Positions 37,210 through 49,344 of a stretch of 64,000 bases of DNA are shown here, piece after piece (the stretch's first letter is position 1; each line of letters begins with the position of its first letter). The notes under the pieces were generated by a model. The model saw only the letters and a list, made by a program, of their open reading frames with translations, was not told where the DNA came from and did no database searches. The position numbers were made by a program, and so were the translations under genes. The stretch is taken from contig NC_043018.1 of the NCBI RefSeq assembly GCF_006345805.1, forward strand, positions 20,274,001 to 20,338,000, written 5' to 3'. Origin of the DNA: Octopus sinensis. Lineage: Eukaryota.

Positions 37210-37523
37210 GTAAGTCCCACATACGACAGTTTTGCAAAAATATATTTCTGACTGAAAATATCACACATGCATGGAGTTACGATTTTATGCATCCAACAAA
37301 GTATTATTGTTAAGCTGAAACTATTGCTAATGTATAAAGAAAGGGAATGGTAAAATTTTTTTTTTTTTCGTTTTTTGAAAAAGCAACATTTTGGACTTAT
37401 GACACTTTTACATAATAGCAACGAGATTATATATATAAATAAGGATAAGATTGTTATTTAAATACCGATCTTATCAGGTGGCTAGCATGGGAATAAAAAC
37501 CTCAAAGGTAATAATTATTATTA

Positions 37524-37719
37524 AAATTATAATTAAGGGTATCTAAGAGATACCACCATGCTAGATATAGCAGCCAAAACTTGACTCTAAAACCACATTA
37601 AATGTTCATACAGCACTTCTCTCTTGGTGCTGTATGAGCATTTAATATGTTTTAGAGTCAAGTTTTGGCTGCTATATCTAGTATGGTTGATATCTCTTAA
37701 ATACCCTTAATTATAATTT
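37524..37719. repeat. About 93-bp inverted repeat with 10-nt loop
   Basis: 37524-37616 pairs with 37627-37719 with a few mismatches and indels. Confidence 0.9.
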
Positions 37720-37737
37720 ATATATATTTTATTTTAG

Positions 37738-37775
37738 TCAAGTCAGCCTCTTTCTACCCTGAGGTTCACTTGCAG
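37738..37775 (+). CDS. Possible alternative 38-nt exon (IKSASFYPEVHLQ) of the candidate gene
   Basis: ttattttag acceptor, CAG|GTATGT donor, open in phase 1; including it shifts the downstream frame. Confidence 0.2.
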
Positions 37776-37844
37776 GTATGTATGATCTTCAGGCAAGTTG
37801 TGAAAGGAAAATTGAAGGGGTTTTGCACAGTGGTTTAATGCTGA

Positions 37845-38215
37845 GCAGTATTTCGTCTGTCGTTACGTTGTGAGTTCAAATTCCGCCGAGGTCGACTTCG
37901 CCTTTCATCCTTTCGGGGTCGATAAATTAAGTACCAGTTGCGCACTGGGGTCGATGTAATCGACTTAATACCTTTGTCTGTCCTTGTTTGTCCCCTCTAT
38001 GTTTAGCCCCTTGTGGGTAGTAAAGAAATAGGTATTTCGTCAACCGCTACATTCTGAGTTCAAATTCCGCCGAGGTCGACTTTGCCTTTCATCCTTTCGG
38101 GGTTGATAAATTAAGTACCAGTTGTGCACTGGGGTCGATGTAATCGACTTAATACCTTTGTCTGTCCTTGTTTGTCCCCTCTATGTTTAGCCCCTTGTAG
38201 GGTAATAAAGAAATA
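37845..38215 (+). mobile_element. Head-to-tail dimer of family A SINE bodies
   Basis: Two near-identical bodies joined at AAGAAATA|GGTATTTCGTC near 38032. Confidence 0.9.
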
Positions 38216-39012
38216 GGTATATGTAGTTGATTAGTCATAAGATGTGATGGTGGGGAGAAAGTATGATGAATGGAGAATTACATCCATTTAGTATTAACTG
38301 GGGAGGTGGGGATACTACCCTGGTAGAGATCAGTGACATTTTATTTGGGGTGAAAATGTGCAAACCATCATTATCCAGCTGCAATTTGCCTGAATACCTT
38401 GGATGCCTACAAATGAAACTCGGAGTAGCAAGAAGATGTCTTGTCTTAAATAAAATAACAATTTCTGCCGAGGTATCGAGTTTTTTCCATATCATTTATA
38501 CTAATTTGTATATTATGATTAAATTTAGTGATGTGACTAATAGAAAACATAAGTTTAACCATCATTCATGTGTGTGTGTGTATAGTAGAATAAGTATCGA
38601 CCTAGTATCATATATATATATATACTTTATTTAAAGCAGCAGAAAATTCAACAAAATCTGTTACTCTGAGTTTCTCGTTGCCGAGTAACAGATTATGTGT
38701 TTACTCCGGTATATATATATATATATATATATGTGTGAAAAACTGAAAGGAAATTACTTTACTGATAATTTTCCCATTTTAGTAATTCGATGTCCATAAT
38801 CGATTTGTAAACACAAATTTATAAACATTTAATTATTAAAGTGGAAAAAATTATCAGAAAAGCATTTTCTATTCATTTTTCCATATATATATATATATAT
38901 ATATATATTTGTGTGTGTGTGTGTATGAAAATGAGAGAGAAGGTGCCACATGTTTGAGGTTTATCAATTTAGCTCCGATTGCAAAGAAAACTTTAAACTT
39001 TTAACTTCACAG

Positions 39013-39029
39013 CCAGATTCTGTAAACAT
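39013..39029 (+). CDS. Candidate 17-nt micro-exon, (T)RFCKH
   Basis: ttttaacttcacag acceptor, GTATGA donor; phase 1 to 0 fits the neighbouring candidates. Confidence 0.3.
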
Positions 39030-39538
39030 GTATGAGAGTTGGGCAGTTCACGTTCACTCCTTTTGTTGACCATCTCTGGCCAGCCAGATAAAAGTGCTCT
39101 TCAGCTAGCCAAAAGGACAATGTACAAAGGCTTGACTACTGCTGTATAAAAAACCCTTATTCTTTATACTACTATTATTATTATTATTATTATCATCAAA
39201 ATTATTATAATTATTATTATTTTAATGATTTATATTGATGAAGTTTCTTTTTATATCTAGCACATGTATACTACCATGTATATGAAAGACATGTATAAGC
39301 AATACTACAACAAAACAAAAAAAATCAAAATCACCAAAAAAAAAAAAAGAGAGAGAGAGAGAGAAAATAATGAAAAGAAAAATAATGACAAAGTCGTTAA
39401 TTAGACAATTTGGACAATAAGAAAAAGAAAAAAACACAATGATAATATTCTTAAAGGTTATTATCTTTATATTTTTTTTAACAAGATTCGAAGACAAACC
39501 AACAAAAAAAAAAAAAATATTGTCAACATTTTTTGTAG

Positions 39539-39559
39539 CCTAAAAGACATTTCTGCTAT
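39539..39559 (+). CDS. Candidate 21-nt micro-exon, PKRHFCY
   Basis: acattttttgtag acceptor, GTAAGT donor at 39560; phase 0-0. Confidence 0.35.
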
Positions 39560-39664
39560 GTAAGTGGGTTTTTTTTTTTTTGAGTTTTTCTGTTATTTTT
39601 TTTTATATATTTTTTATTTTTTAAATTATCTTTCTAACATTTACTGTGTTGAAGATTCATTTAC

Positions 39665-39675
39665 AGTGTGTATAT

Positions 39676-39719
<44 letters not shown>

Positions 39720-40030
39720 GTGTGTGTATATCTATATATGAATGTATATGTATACATGTGTGTGTATGAGTATATGTATATATGTGTGTATAAGTGTATG
39801 TATATATGTGTATGGGTGTATGAGTATATGTATATAGGTATGTGTATGAGTGTATACGTATAGACATACGTCTGGATGTATATGTTTATATATATATATG
39901 TGTGTGTGTGTGTGTTTATGAATGTACATCTATGTATATGTGCTATGTGTGTGTATGTATATATATATTTATATATATGTGTGTGTGTATGTATATATAT
40001 ATTTATATATATGTATGTGTGTGTGTACTT
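39665..40030. repeat. (TA)/(TG) compound microsatellite
   Basis: Seen directly. Confidence 0.9.
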
Positions 40031-40176
40031 ATATAAATACAAGCATATAACTTACACAGGGGGGACTGAAATACTTTAAATATTACATAGATTTTTCCGT
40101 AATGTGTGTTCACTAGTTAAAACCAATGTCAAATACAATAATATAATTTTATGAAGTTATATGATAATAATAATAA

Positions 40177-40553
40177 CTAGCAGTATCGCCCGGCGTTGCT
40201 CAGGTTTGTAAGGGAAATAACTATAAAGCATTTTTAGAGAGTTATAGCAAAAAGATGGGAAAAAATTATGGTAAATTTTTTTTTGAGATTTAAAAAATGT
40301 GGAGTTGCGTCCCCTAGACAGTTTGCGGTTTGTGTTTCTGATTCTCGACCCCATGTCGAATTTATCGATTTTTTTCAGAACTGGGGGAACTTTTCAAAAT
40401 TTTTGCTGCGTTAGTTTTGAATTATGACATTGGGCTATGTGTGTGTGTCAAGTTTCATCAGAATCGGTTGAAAGCCGTGGTCAGGGTGAGGGTACAAGAA
40501 AACAGACACACAGAAACACACAGACAAACTGCCGTTTATATAGAGAGAGAAGA
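40177..40553 (-). mobile_element. Non-autonomous Helitron-like element (related subfamily)
   Basis: Minus-strand TC start, same 3' hairpin and CTAG end as 3739-4117. Confidence 0.8.
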
Positions 40554-41039
40554 TAATACTCGATATCCATTTTAACTATATTTCATGCTGGGTATCATAA
40601 ATTAAAGGGAGACAACTAGAGTATATGTAATAGTTGAATAACTTTTAGTAATATTTACAACTTTGATATTTGCCACAGGCACACTAAAGGAAGGCGTGGC
40701 ACATTACGTTACAATGTTATATAAAGGAATTGTGACATCACTTGTTGGAGCTGGGGAAATAAATTTCCAGTCGAGAACTGGACTGAGCCTTCCTGATCCC
40801 TCTCTCTTTTGAACTTACTGGCTTTGTGCCTTGATTAGAGATGCAATTAAGGTAACGAGTGGTAGGTGTTCTGAAATAAGCAATACAGAACTTGGAATTC
40901 ACTAATGTGTATACACACACACACATTATATATATGGTTGGAATTTACAAAAAACAAAAGATTAAGACAGGTGTGTAAACAACAGGTGTATTAGTTTAAC
41001 ACTCAGGAAGGTAAGAAAGTCTTACATTTCGAGCACATA

Positions 41040-41148
41040 TGTATGTATGTTATGTATGTGTGCGTGTATGTATGTATGTATATATATATATGCATATATA
41101 TATGTGTGTGCGTATGTATGTATATATATATATATATGCATATACATG

Positions 41149-41183
<35 letters not shown>

Positions 41184-41460
41184 GCATATATATATATATG
41201 CATATACATGCATATATATATATGCATATACATACATATATATACATATATGCATATATATACATACACACACAAATGCACTGACATGTACAGACGCCTG
41301 TGTATAGCATATACAGATATACATACATATCCATACAAATGTGCATACATTTAAATATTTTGTATGTGTAAATGATACACACACACACATATATGTATGT
41401 TTGTATATATATGCATATATATATACACACACACACACACACATATATATGATGCCGTTA
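41040..41460. repeat. (TA)/(CA)/(TATG) compound microsatellite
   Basis: Seen directly. Confidence 0.9.
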
Positions 41461-41569
41461 TATATGCATACATGTGTGTTTGAGTCTGTTCTGCTTTGTC
41501 TGTCTATACTTGTGTATACATGTGTGTGAGGGTAAAAATGATTGGGTTTGTATATGTTATATTTCGTAG

Positions 41570-41617
41570 GAGAGCAAAGCGTGCCTGGACTGTCCGACCG
41601 TAACCAATCTGCTGTGA
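41570..41617 (+). CDS. Candidate terminal exon, [15 protein letters not shown]
   Basis: gttatatttcgtag acceptor; short GC-richer unique block; TGA at 41615-41617. Confidence 0.35.
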   Translation, partial: ESKACLDCPTVTNLL

Positions 41618-44309
41618 AAACATTGCCTCACAACTTCATTTACTTTTGTTTCATGTTGTTTCGTTTCTTTTCTTTCTCATTTTCCCCTTTCTATTGTTGC
41701 AGCCTTAAATGTTAAAGTAAAGTTTTTGTATTATTTACAATTTATAATCCCCTGCTACGTCCCCCCCCCCCCAACCCATCTGACCCCCCCCCCAGTCAAT
41801 TTACTAGACACTTTCTATTGATAAGCTAGCTCTGTCTGGTTGTGTCAGCCCCCCTTAAAAGCAACAATCATAACCATTCCTTAGAATTAACACAACCAAT
41901 TAATAATATCCGTCTTGATTAGATGCTGCATATTTAGCGTTGATAATTAACGTAATCAACAACCTTCATTAAAAATCACTTTAGCATGGAATCGAAACTG
42001 TATCCTGGACTTATGTCCTGAATTTATTGCCAGGTCCATAGTAATACCCAACCAAGGAGTTAATTATGTCTCTCTGATGTATTAATTAATAATTATCAAT
42101 AGATGAAACATTTGAAGTAGATTTATCAATTTTAAGAGTTCAACATATGGCTATAACGAAGTTGAATTTATTATGTATGTGTGTGTTTATACATATTATG
42201 TATGACGTGCATGTATATATGTTTGTTATACTAAAGTAGGTGCATCATCATCGTCACATAAATTGTATACACATGTTTATATACATTAACTGTATACACA
42301 CATTCATATACATACATATTGTTTTCAAGTGTTTCGTTGCAATGTGAAAGAAAACCATTTTCTTTATTCAATCAAAACACTATTTCCTTTAATTATTCTT
42401 TAATCTTTAAACAATTCTTTAATCTTCTTCAGATTATAAACTAAACAACTTCAGTTTCATAAAAAAAACAAATCCTTTTTTTTTTTCTTAATTATTTTCT
42501 CCTCTTCTTTTTCTCTTCATTTTCTCACAGGGTGCCTCACTTCCAATCATTTTAGACAGAAAACCCTTTCCTTTAGTCTACAAAGTATACATAAGAACAG
42601 ATACCACTAAGCTATCATTTCATTTTTCTTTATATTCTTCCCAATTTCGAGCTAACCTCTCCAGCGCTATTAACCTTCAACATTTCACACAATTGATATC
42701 CAATCCCCATGACCACCTCCTACAATTTCTATATTTTCTGCTGTCTTTTGTTATGAAAGCTGAAATATATCTTCCACTTTTTTTTCTCTTCAAGCATTTA
42801 TAAAACTAAAATCTTTTGATATTTTTCGAAGCTGCTGAGAAACACGTTTTTTTTCTTCTTTTTTTTTCCTTCCTCCTCCTCCTCCTCCTTTTAGTCTACA
42901 AAGTTTCTTATTCCTTAACTTCATTCTAAGAGATTCTGCCATCCATATTCTTACTCTTTCATGAGGAATAAAACTTTGGAGTAGTTTGCACAAATCAGAT
43001 TATCTATAGACAGAACCTGTGAACTATTCCAAACTCCCTGTTGAAGTCATGGGTTTATTTGAGCCAAGCAATCATTGATCACTTTTGGAATCTCTCTGCA
43101 ACAAATTCTTCAAATTATCTGGTCCATTTCTACTCTAAGTCTAGAAGTTCCTTTATCGTAGTTCTTAAGCCATTTAGTTCCTGTAAGAAATCTCCTTCAA
43201 TATTTCTGACCCCTTAAGAATTTGAGTAGTTAAAATCATTCTAATTTACCGTTAGAATAAGTCATCTAAGAGGAAGAATGGTTGCTAAACATCATAGGGC
43301 AAAAAACACAAAAAAAAGTTTGTACAATATTCCTTGTGACTGCTAAATTGCTAAGGAACAAAAAAAAAAAAAAGAGAAACAGAGATAATTGCCTTCCTGT
43401 CTGTCCCTAATTAGACCATCATTAAACAGTCCCCTATCATAAACTAACATTAGCCAACTTGAAGAAACAAAAGGATCAGACCCAAACCCTTCAAAAGAAC
43501 AAAACCATAATAAGAACAACCACAGTTGGAATATTTCTTAGAATCTAGTAAAACCCTTAAGTGTCTCACATGATGACATTCTTTCTTTGTATCAGAATCA
43601 TGTCAAAATTTGTATCTTCAAATTTCTTTTATATATTTTTTTATGTCTAAAACAAAAAAAAAAATTGCTCTTGTATCATTTACTGGTACCTTTTTTTTTT
43701 TGTATGTTGGGTTTTTTTTTCCTCCTTCTCTCTCCTGTAATTGCTCTTTGACCATTTTTATCCATTTTTTTCAGTTATTGTTTTTGTGAAATATTCTTAC
43801 AAACAGACTGTATTGTCTGTTAGTTGTATATAAGAGGTGTTTATGGAACGGGAGAGAATTGAAAAATCACAGTTGTAGTCAACAGACTGCAATCATTATC
43901 AGAGATTTGCATATATGAATAAATTATTTTTTAAATATATCCATTGGTTTTTGTGATCATCTTTTGGCACAGTCGTCATCATCATCATCTTTTGAATGTC
44001 CAAATTTCCATGCTTCATCACACAGATGGAATTCAATGAGGCAAACATTCTGTGGTTGGATGTCTTTCCTTTCATCAACCCTCACCTGTTTCCAAGCAAA
44101 GGAGAAACACACAACACTGCTCGCATGACAGTGGCACTCATTTACAACTATCACGCAATGTCAAGACAAGGGGATACATACCCACACACACCCATACAAA
44201 CATATATGTAGATACATACACATGCAGCCATACAAACATATACACATATATACATACACATACGCACACATAAACACACACAGATATACACATACACATA
44301 TATATACAC

Positions 44310-45890
44310 ATCATCATCCTTGTTTAACCCTTTAGTGTTTGCATTATTCTGCCAAAATTAATCCTTTTTTATCCACATTGTTTTGAACTAATCATGCATT
44401 ATCTTGTAGCTTTGAGATTTTGAAGAGGTAGCTGTTAATTTTTAAAACGATATTGTAGGGTTGGTGTGAGAGACCAGATCTGTCCAGTTTGAACATAAAA
44501 CAGGCAGAATACTTTTGGCCGGTTTAAATGCTAAAGGGTTAACGTCCACTTTCCATGCTGGCGTGGGTTGGACAGTTTGGCTGAGGACTGGTGATCCATA
44601 AGGCTGCACTAGGCTCCAATCTGATCTGGCAAGCTTTCTACAGCTGGATGCCCTTCCTAACATCAACCACTCCGAGAGGGTCATGGGTGCTTTTACATGC
44701 CACTGTCACAAGGGCCAATCAGGCAGTACTGGCAATGACCAGGCTCAAAAGGTGCTTGTATGTGCTACCTGCATGGGAGCCAGTCCAGCAGCACTGGCAA
44801 TGACCACGCTCGAATGTTGTTTTTCATATGCCAGTAAGGTGACGATGGCAATGATCATGCTCAAATGGTGCTTTTTACATGCCACCAGCACGGGAGCCAG
44901 TCAGCAGTCCTGGCAACGATCACGCTCGGATGGTGCTTTTAATGTTCCACTGGCATGAGTGCCAATCAGGCGGTACTGTCATCGGCCACATCAGCGATTT
45001 TGATTTCACTTGCCCCAACAGGTCTTCGCAAGCAAAGTTTATTGTCCAATGAATGAAGGGTACTCATAAGTGGGCTGGTTATACACCACTGGCATAGGCC
45101 ACGGGTTATGGTGTCATTTGGCCTGCCAGGTCTTCTGAAGCACAGTATATCTCCACTAGTCATTGCCTCGGTGAAGCTTAATATTTGAAGGTTGTGCTTC
45201 ACCACTTCAACCCAGGTCTTCATGGCTCTATCTCTTCCACAGGTTCCCTCAACTGCTAGGATGTGACACTTTTTCACAGCTGTCCTCATCCATTAGCAAT
45301 ACATGACCATACCAGCGCAGTCGTCTCTCTTGCACACTACATCTGATGCTTCTTAAGTCCAACTTTTCTCTCAGGGCACTTACACTGTCGTGTATGCACA
45401 TTGATGTTACACATCCAGTGGAGCCTATTGGCTTCATTCCTTGTGAGCTTATGCATGTCCTCAGCAGTCATGGCCCATGTTTCACTGTCATGTAGCATGG
45501 CTGTTCATACACATGTGTCATACAGTCTACCTTTTACTCTGAGCAAGAGGCCCTTTGTCACCAGCAGAGGTAGGAGCTCTCTGAACTTTGCTCAGGTTAT
45601 TCTTATTCTAAGCAGCTACACTTTCAGAGCATCCAACTTGGTCACCTACGTAATGGAAGCTATCAACTACTTCTAGTTTTACCCCCTGGAATGTGACAGA
45701 AGCTGTTCTCTGCATATCTTCAGTGTTTATAGCACCTGAGCATTTGCCACATACAAAAACTATCTTCCCAGTTAGCCTCCCTTTGATATTACTGCACCTC
45801 TTATGTGTCCATAGCTTACACTGGGTACATCTTATGGACTTTCTACCTACACCTTTTCTACAGATTGAGCAGGGCCATCTACCTGAAGGG
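44310..45890 (-). mobile_element. 5'-truncated, decayed RTE LINE (PHD-bearing family) with complete 3' tail
   Basis: Minus strand encodes GRWPCSICRKGVGRKSIRCTQCKLWTHKRC..., QERRLRWYGHVL, then the ~60-bp units and (GAT)n tail. Confidence 0.9.
44328..44538. mobile_element. piggyBac-like MITE inserted in the TTAA of the RTE tail
   Basis: TTAA|CCCTTTAG ... GCTAAAGGG|TTAA; removing it restores the tail sequence GTTTAACGTCC. Confidence 0.9.
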
Positions 45891-46077
45891 ATTTATTTTT
45901 GCATGCTACAGCCAGTTCTTTTGGTCAAACGATCATATCTCCAGCTGCTTCAGATGCCAAGATATCAAAAATTGTCAAAGTGTAGTACAACGGTTTTGCT
46001 ATGGAATGGTAAAACTACTTTATCATTTTCTGTAAAAGCAATGTTTTGGACTTATGACACTTTAGCATAATAGCAAC
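45890..46077 (+). pseudogene. Decayed duplicate of the 37105-37209 candidate exon and flanks
   Basis: 43 nt identical (ATGCCAAGATATC...CAACGGTTT), 1-nt frameshift, and a deletion of about 160 bp removing the donor. Confidence 0.55.
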
Positions 46078-46663
46078 AATATATATATATATATATATAT
46101 ACATACACACACACACACGTGTTGGTGTGTTTGTCCCCCCATAACTTAGTGGTTTGGTAAAAGAGACCAATAGAATAAGCAGTAGACTGACACAGGATAA
46201 GTCCTGGAGAGTCCAATCTATTTCACAAAAAACTCTTTGAGGCCGTGCCCCAGCATGGCCACAGTCTAATGACAAACAAGTAGTAAAAAAAAAAGAAAAA
46301 ATATATACATACAAAAATACATAAATGCATATTTACACCTACACATGCACTCACACACACACCAGGCTTCTTCGAGTTACTGTTTAATATATTCATTCAT
46401 AAGGCTTTTGTTAACCCAGAACTACAATATCCACAATGGTCAAGTGTCTTTTAGAGTGTGACTGAGACAAAAACCAGGAGATTGGAAAGTCACCTTCCTA
46501 ACCACACAGCCACACCCGTACCAGACATAGTTCTTAAATTTCGTGGTTGGTCTGAAGGAAATACGGTTTTGGCGAACAGAAGGAATTATGCTGTGGAGAG
46601 CAAGATGCTTAATTCAGAAACAACGGAATGGGTTACGGTGAGCAGATTTATGATATTCAATTA

Positions 46664-47067
46664 TCTAATGTTTATATATAAAAGAGAGGTTGTGTGTCTG
46701 TCTCCTACGATTTAGATTCCTAACTACTCCCACATTTTGCGGTGCAGTTTAACCAAAACCGGGTATCTTATAGTCATGATTCATATCGAGCCCTTCTGGG
46801 TATTAGCGCGCGTCTACGGTGAGTCTACGATTAAAAAAAAAATTTACCATCATTTTTTTCCATTTTAATGCATTTTTTCGCTATTATATAAGGGAAGTAA
46901 CTCTCTAAAAATGTCTACGATGAGTCAACGATTTAAAAAAAAATTTACCATCATTTTTTTCCCATTTTTAATGCATTTTTTTTGCTATTTTTTGGCAATA
47001 ACTCTCTAAAAATGCTTATATAGTTATTTTCCTTACAAACCCGAGCAACGCCGGGCGATACTGCTAG
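46664..47067 (+). mobile_element. Non-autonomous Helitron-like element
   Basis: Close copy of 3739-4117 with TC/CTAG ends and 3' hairpin. Confidence 0.85.
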
Positions 47068-47531
47068 TTAATAATATTATCCAGGTAATGACATTTAATT
47101 ATCTAATTAATGATAGTTAATTATCTAAATTACTCATGGCAGAATGTCATAGAACATGCCTTTCAATATTTATTACACCTTAGGACAGCGAGCTGGCAGA
47201 AACGTTAGCACGCCGGAAGAAATGCTTAACGGTATTTCGTCTGCCTCTACGTTCTGAGTTCAAATTCTGCCAAGGTTGACTTTGCTATTTATCCTTTTGG
47301 GGGTCGATAAATTAAGTACCAGTTGCATACTGGGGTCGATCTAATCGACTGCCCCCCCCCTCCCCCGTCTCCAAAAGTTTCGGGCCTTGTGCCTAGAATA
47401 GAAAAGAATATTTATTACACCTCTTAATGATCCAAGTTCAAATCCAGCTGAGGGTCAACTTTGCTTGTCATCCTTTGGAGGTGTTCGATAAAATTAGGCA
47501 CTAATAGAATACTTGAGCTGATGATATAGCC

Positions 47532-47812
47532 CAAGGGTTCTCAACCATTTCATGTGTGTGGAACCCCTTAACCATTCCATGTTTAAATATTATTTTGTGT
47601 ATTCTGTATGTATAAACCTATTTACTGCACGTTTACGGGTTTGAAGCACAATTTTTTTTATGGCCCCTGAAAAATTACTGTGGGGCCCCCAATACACTAT
47701 ATTGTATCCATGGACCCCCAATTTACTATATTGTATCCATGGACCCCCAATTTACTATACTGCATCCATGGACTCCAAATAACCTTATATGGACCCCAGC
47801 TGAGAACCCCTG
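47532..47812. mobile_element. hAT-like MITE with internal ~30-bp tandem repeat
   Basis: TIRs CAAGGGTTCTCAAC / GCTGAGAACCCCTG; related fragments near 14106 and 49596. Confidence 0.7.
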
Positions 47813-49212
47813 GTATAGATTAAGCCTCTTCCCTCAAAATTTGTGGCCCCTTTCTGCCTAAGTTAGAAACTATTTTGCAATTTAGACTGGGTATTTTAAA
47901 TTCCAAATAAAAACAAGTCTGGAACTAATTCAAGGTTGGAGAGGAGACGGAACCATAATGAAGACCAAACTTGGTACCCTTAGAAGGGACTCACCTGACT
48001 TACATATAAATTGGGAATAACTACAATGGGTTTGTAAAAGGTGCTTGGCCTAGTGGCTAAGGTATAGGATTCACGATTATAAGACTTTTAGTTCAATTCC
48101 TGGACAAAGCAGTGCATTGTGTCCTTGAGCATGACACATCATTGCACATTGGTCTACTAACTGGTGGAGCACTCTCTCTCTCTGCAGGTGTCACACCCTG
48201 AATGTTCCACCAGGCCAAGGGTGGAAGTGTGAAGAGGCTGTCTATGTCCATTTGTGACAGACAAAAGTGCCTAGAAACAATTAGTGAAAACATAGCAAAT
48301 GCTTCCAAGCCACACTTACTTGCAAGAGTTAATCTATTTCACAAAAAACCCCTTCGAGGCCGTGCTCTGGCATGGCCATAATCTAATGACAAACAAGTAG
48401 TAAAAAAAAGATAAAATTATATATATATACATAAGTGCATATTCACACCTACACATGCACTCACACACATATCAGGCTGTGCTCGGGACATCAGGTACGT
48501 TTACCTGTTGAGCAAACCCAATCTAGATATGTCATGATAACCAAGTTATCATGGTAACCAAGCTTGTACAATTGTGTGGTGACTAACAGAATGAGGAAGA
48601 AACTGAGAAACCCCTTGTGTAAATTGCATAACATTAAATAATTTATAAACCAAAGAACCAGGAAAGACTGACATTTTTTTTTTATCATCATCATAATACC
48701 CACTTCTCCATATCAACAAGGACCCGATGGAATTCACTGAAGTATTTTCCAACAACCAGATGCCCCTTTTGTTGCCAACCCTTACCCGTTACTAAGCAAG
48801 ATAATATTTCCCCATGGTCACACATGTTTCATGGAAGATTGGAAATGAAGGACACTGCTTGTATAACAGTGATGCTCATTTACAGCTATTACATACATAC
48901 ACACACACACACACACATACATACATACATACATACATACATACATACATACATGTTTTTAGGGTTGGTGTTGCGGAAAATGTCTAAATGGAACAAGTTG
49001 GGGGTAAAGGGGGATTTTCACAATGCCGATTTTTGGCAATTTTCCGGAACCTCTGTATCCGAAAACGGGGATTTTTGGCAAAAAAATTTTTTTAAATAAA
49101 CAAATTTGGGAGAAAATGGGGTGGGGGTGCCGAAGACTTTCCCTATTTGTAAACTGGATCCCTAGATACTTCAAACATATGTTTAAAATACAAAATAAAC
49201 ACTAACTAACGC

Positions 49213-49344
49213 TACTTAAATACAGAGGTCCCGATGAATCTACGTAACGATATGTTTTTACAGTGCACACTCGTCAGGGGGTTAGGGTTAATTTTAGGAT
49301 TGGTTAGGGTTACGCAGATGCGTCGCGACCTATGTATTTAAGTA
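49213..49344. mobile_element. Small element with 18-bp inverted ends and internal TTAGGG-like repeats (MITE or Helentron-derived)
   Basis: TACTTAAATACAGAGGTC ... GACCTATGTATTTAAGTA; GGGTTAGGGTT inside. Confidence 0.55.

Noticed and set aside
38263-38634. 123-aa ORF with a Cys-containing segment (CNLPEYLGCLQ)
   Set aside because: Weak acceptor, and its phase does not fit the neighbouring candidate exons; kept out of the model.
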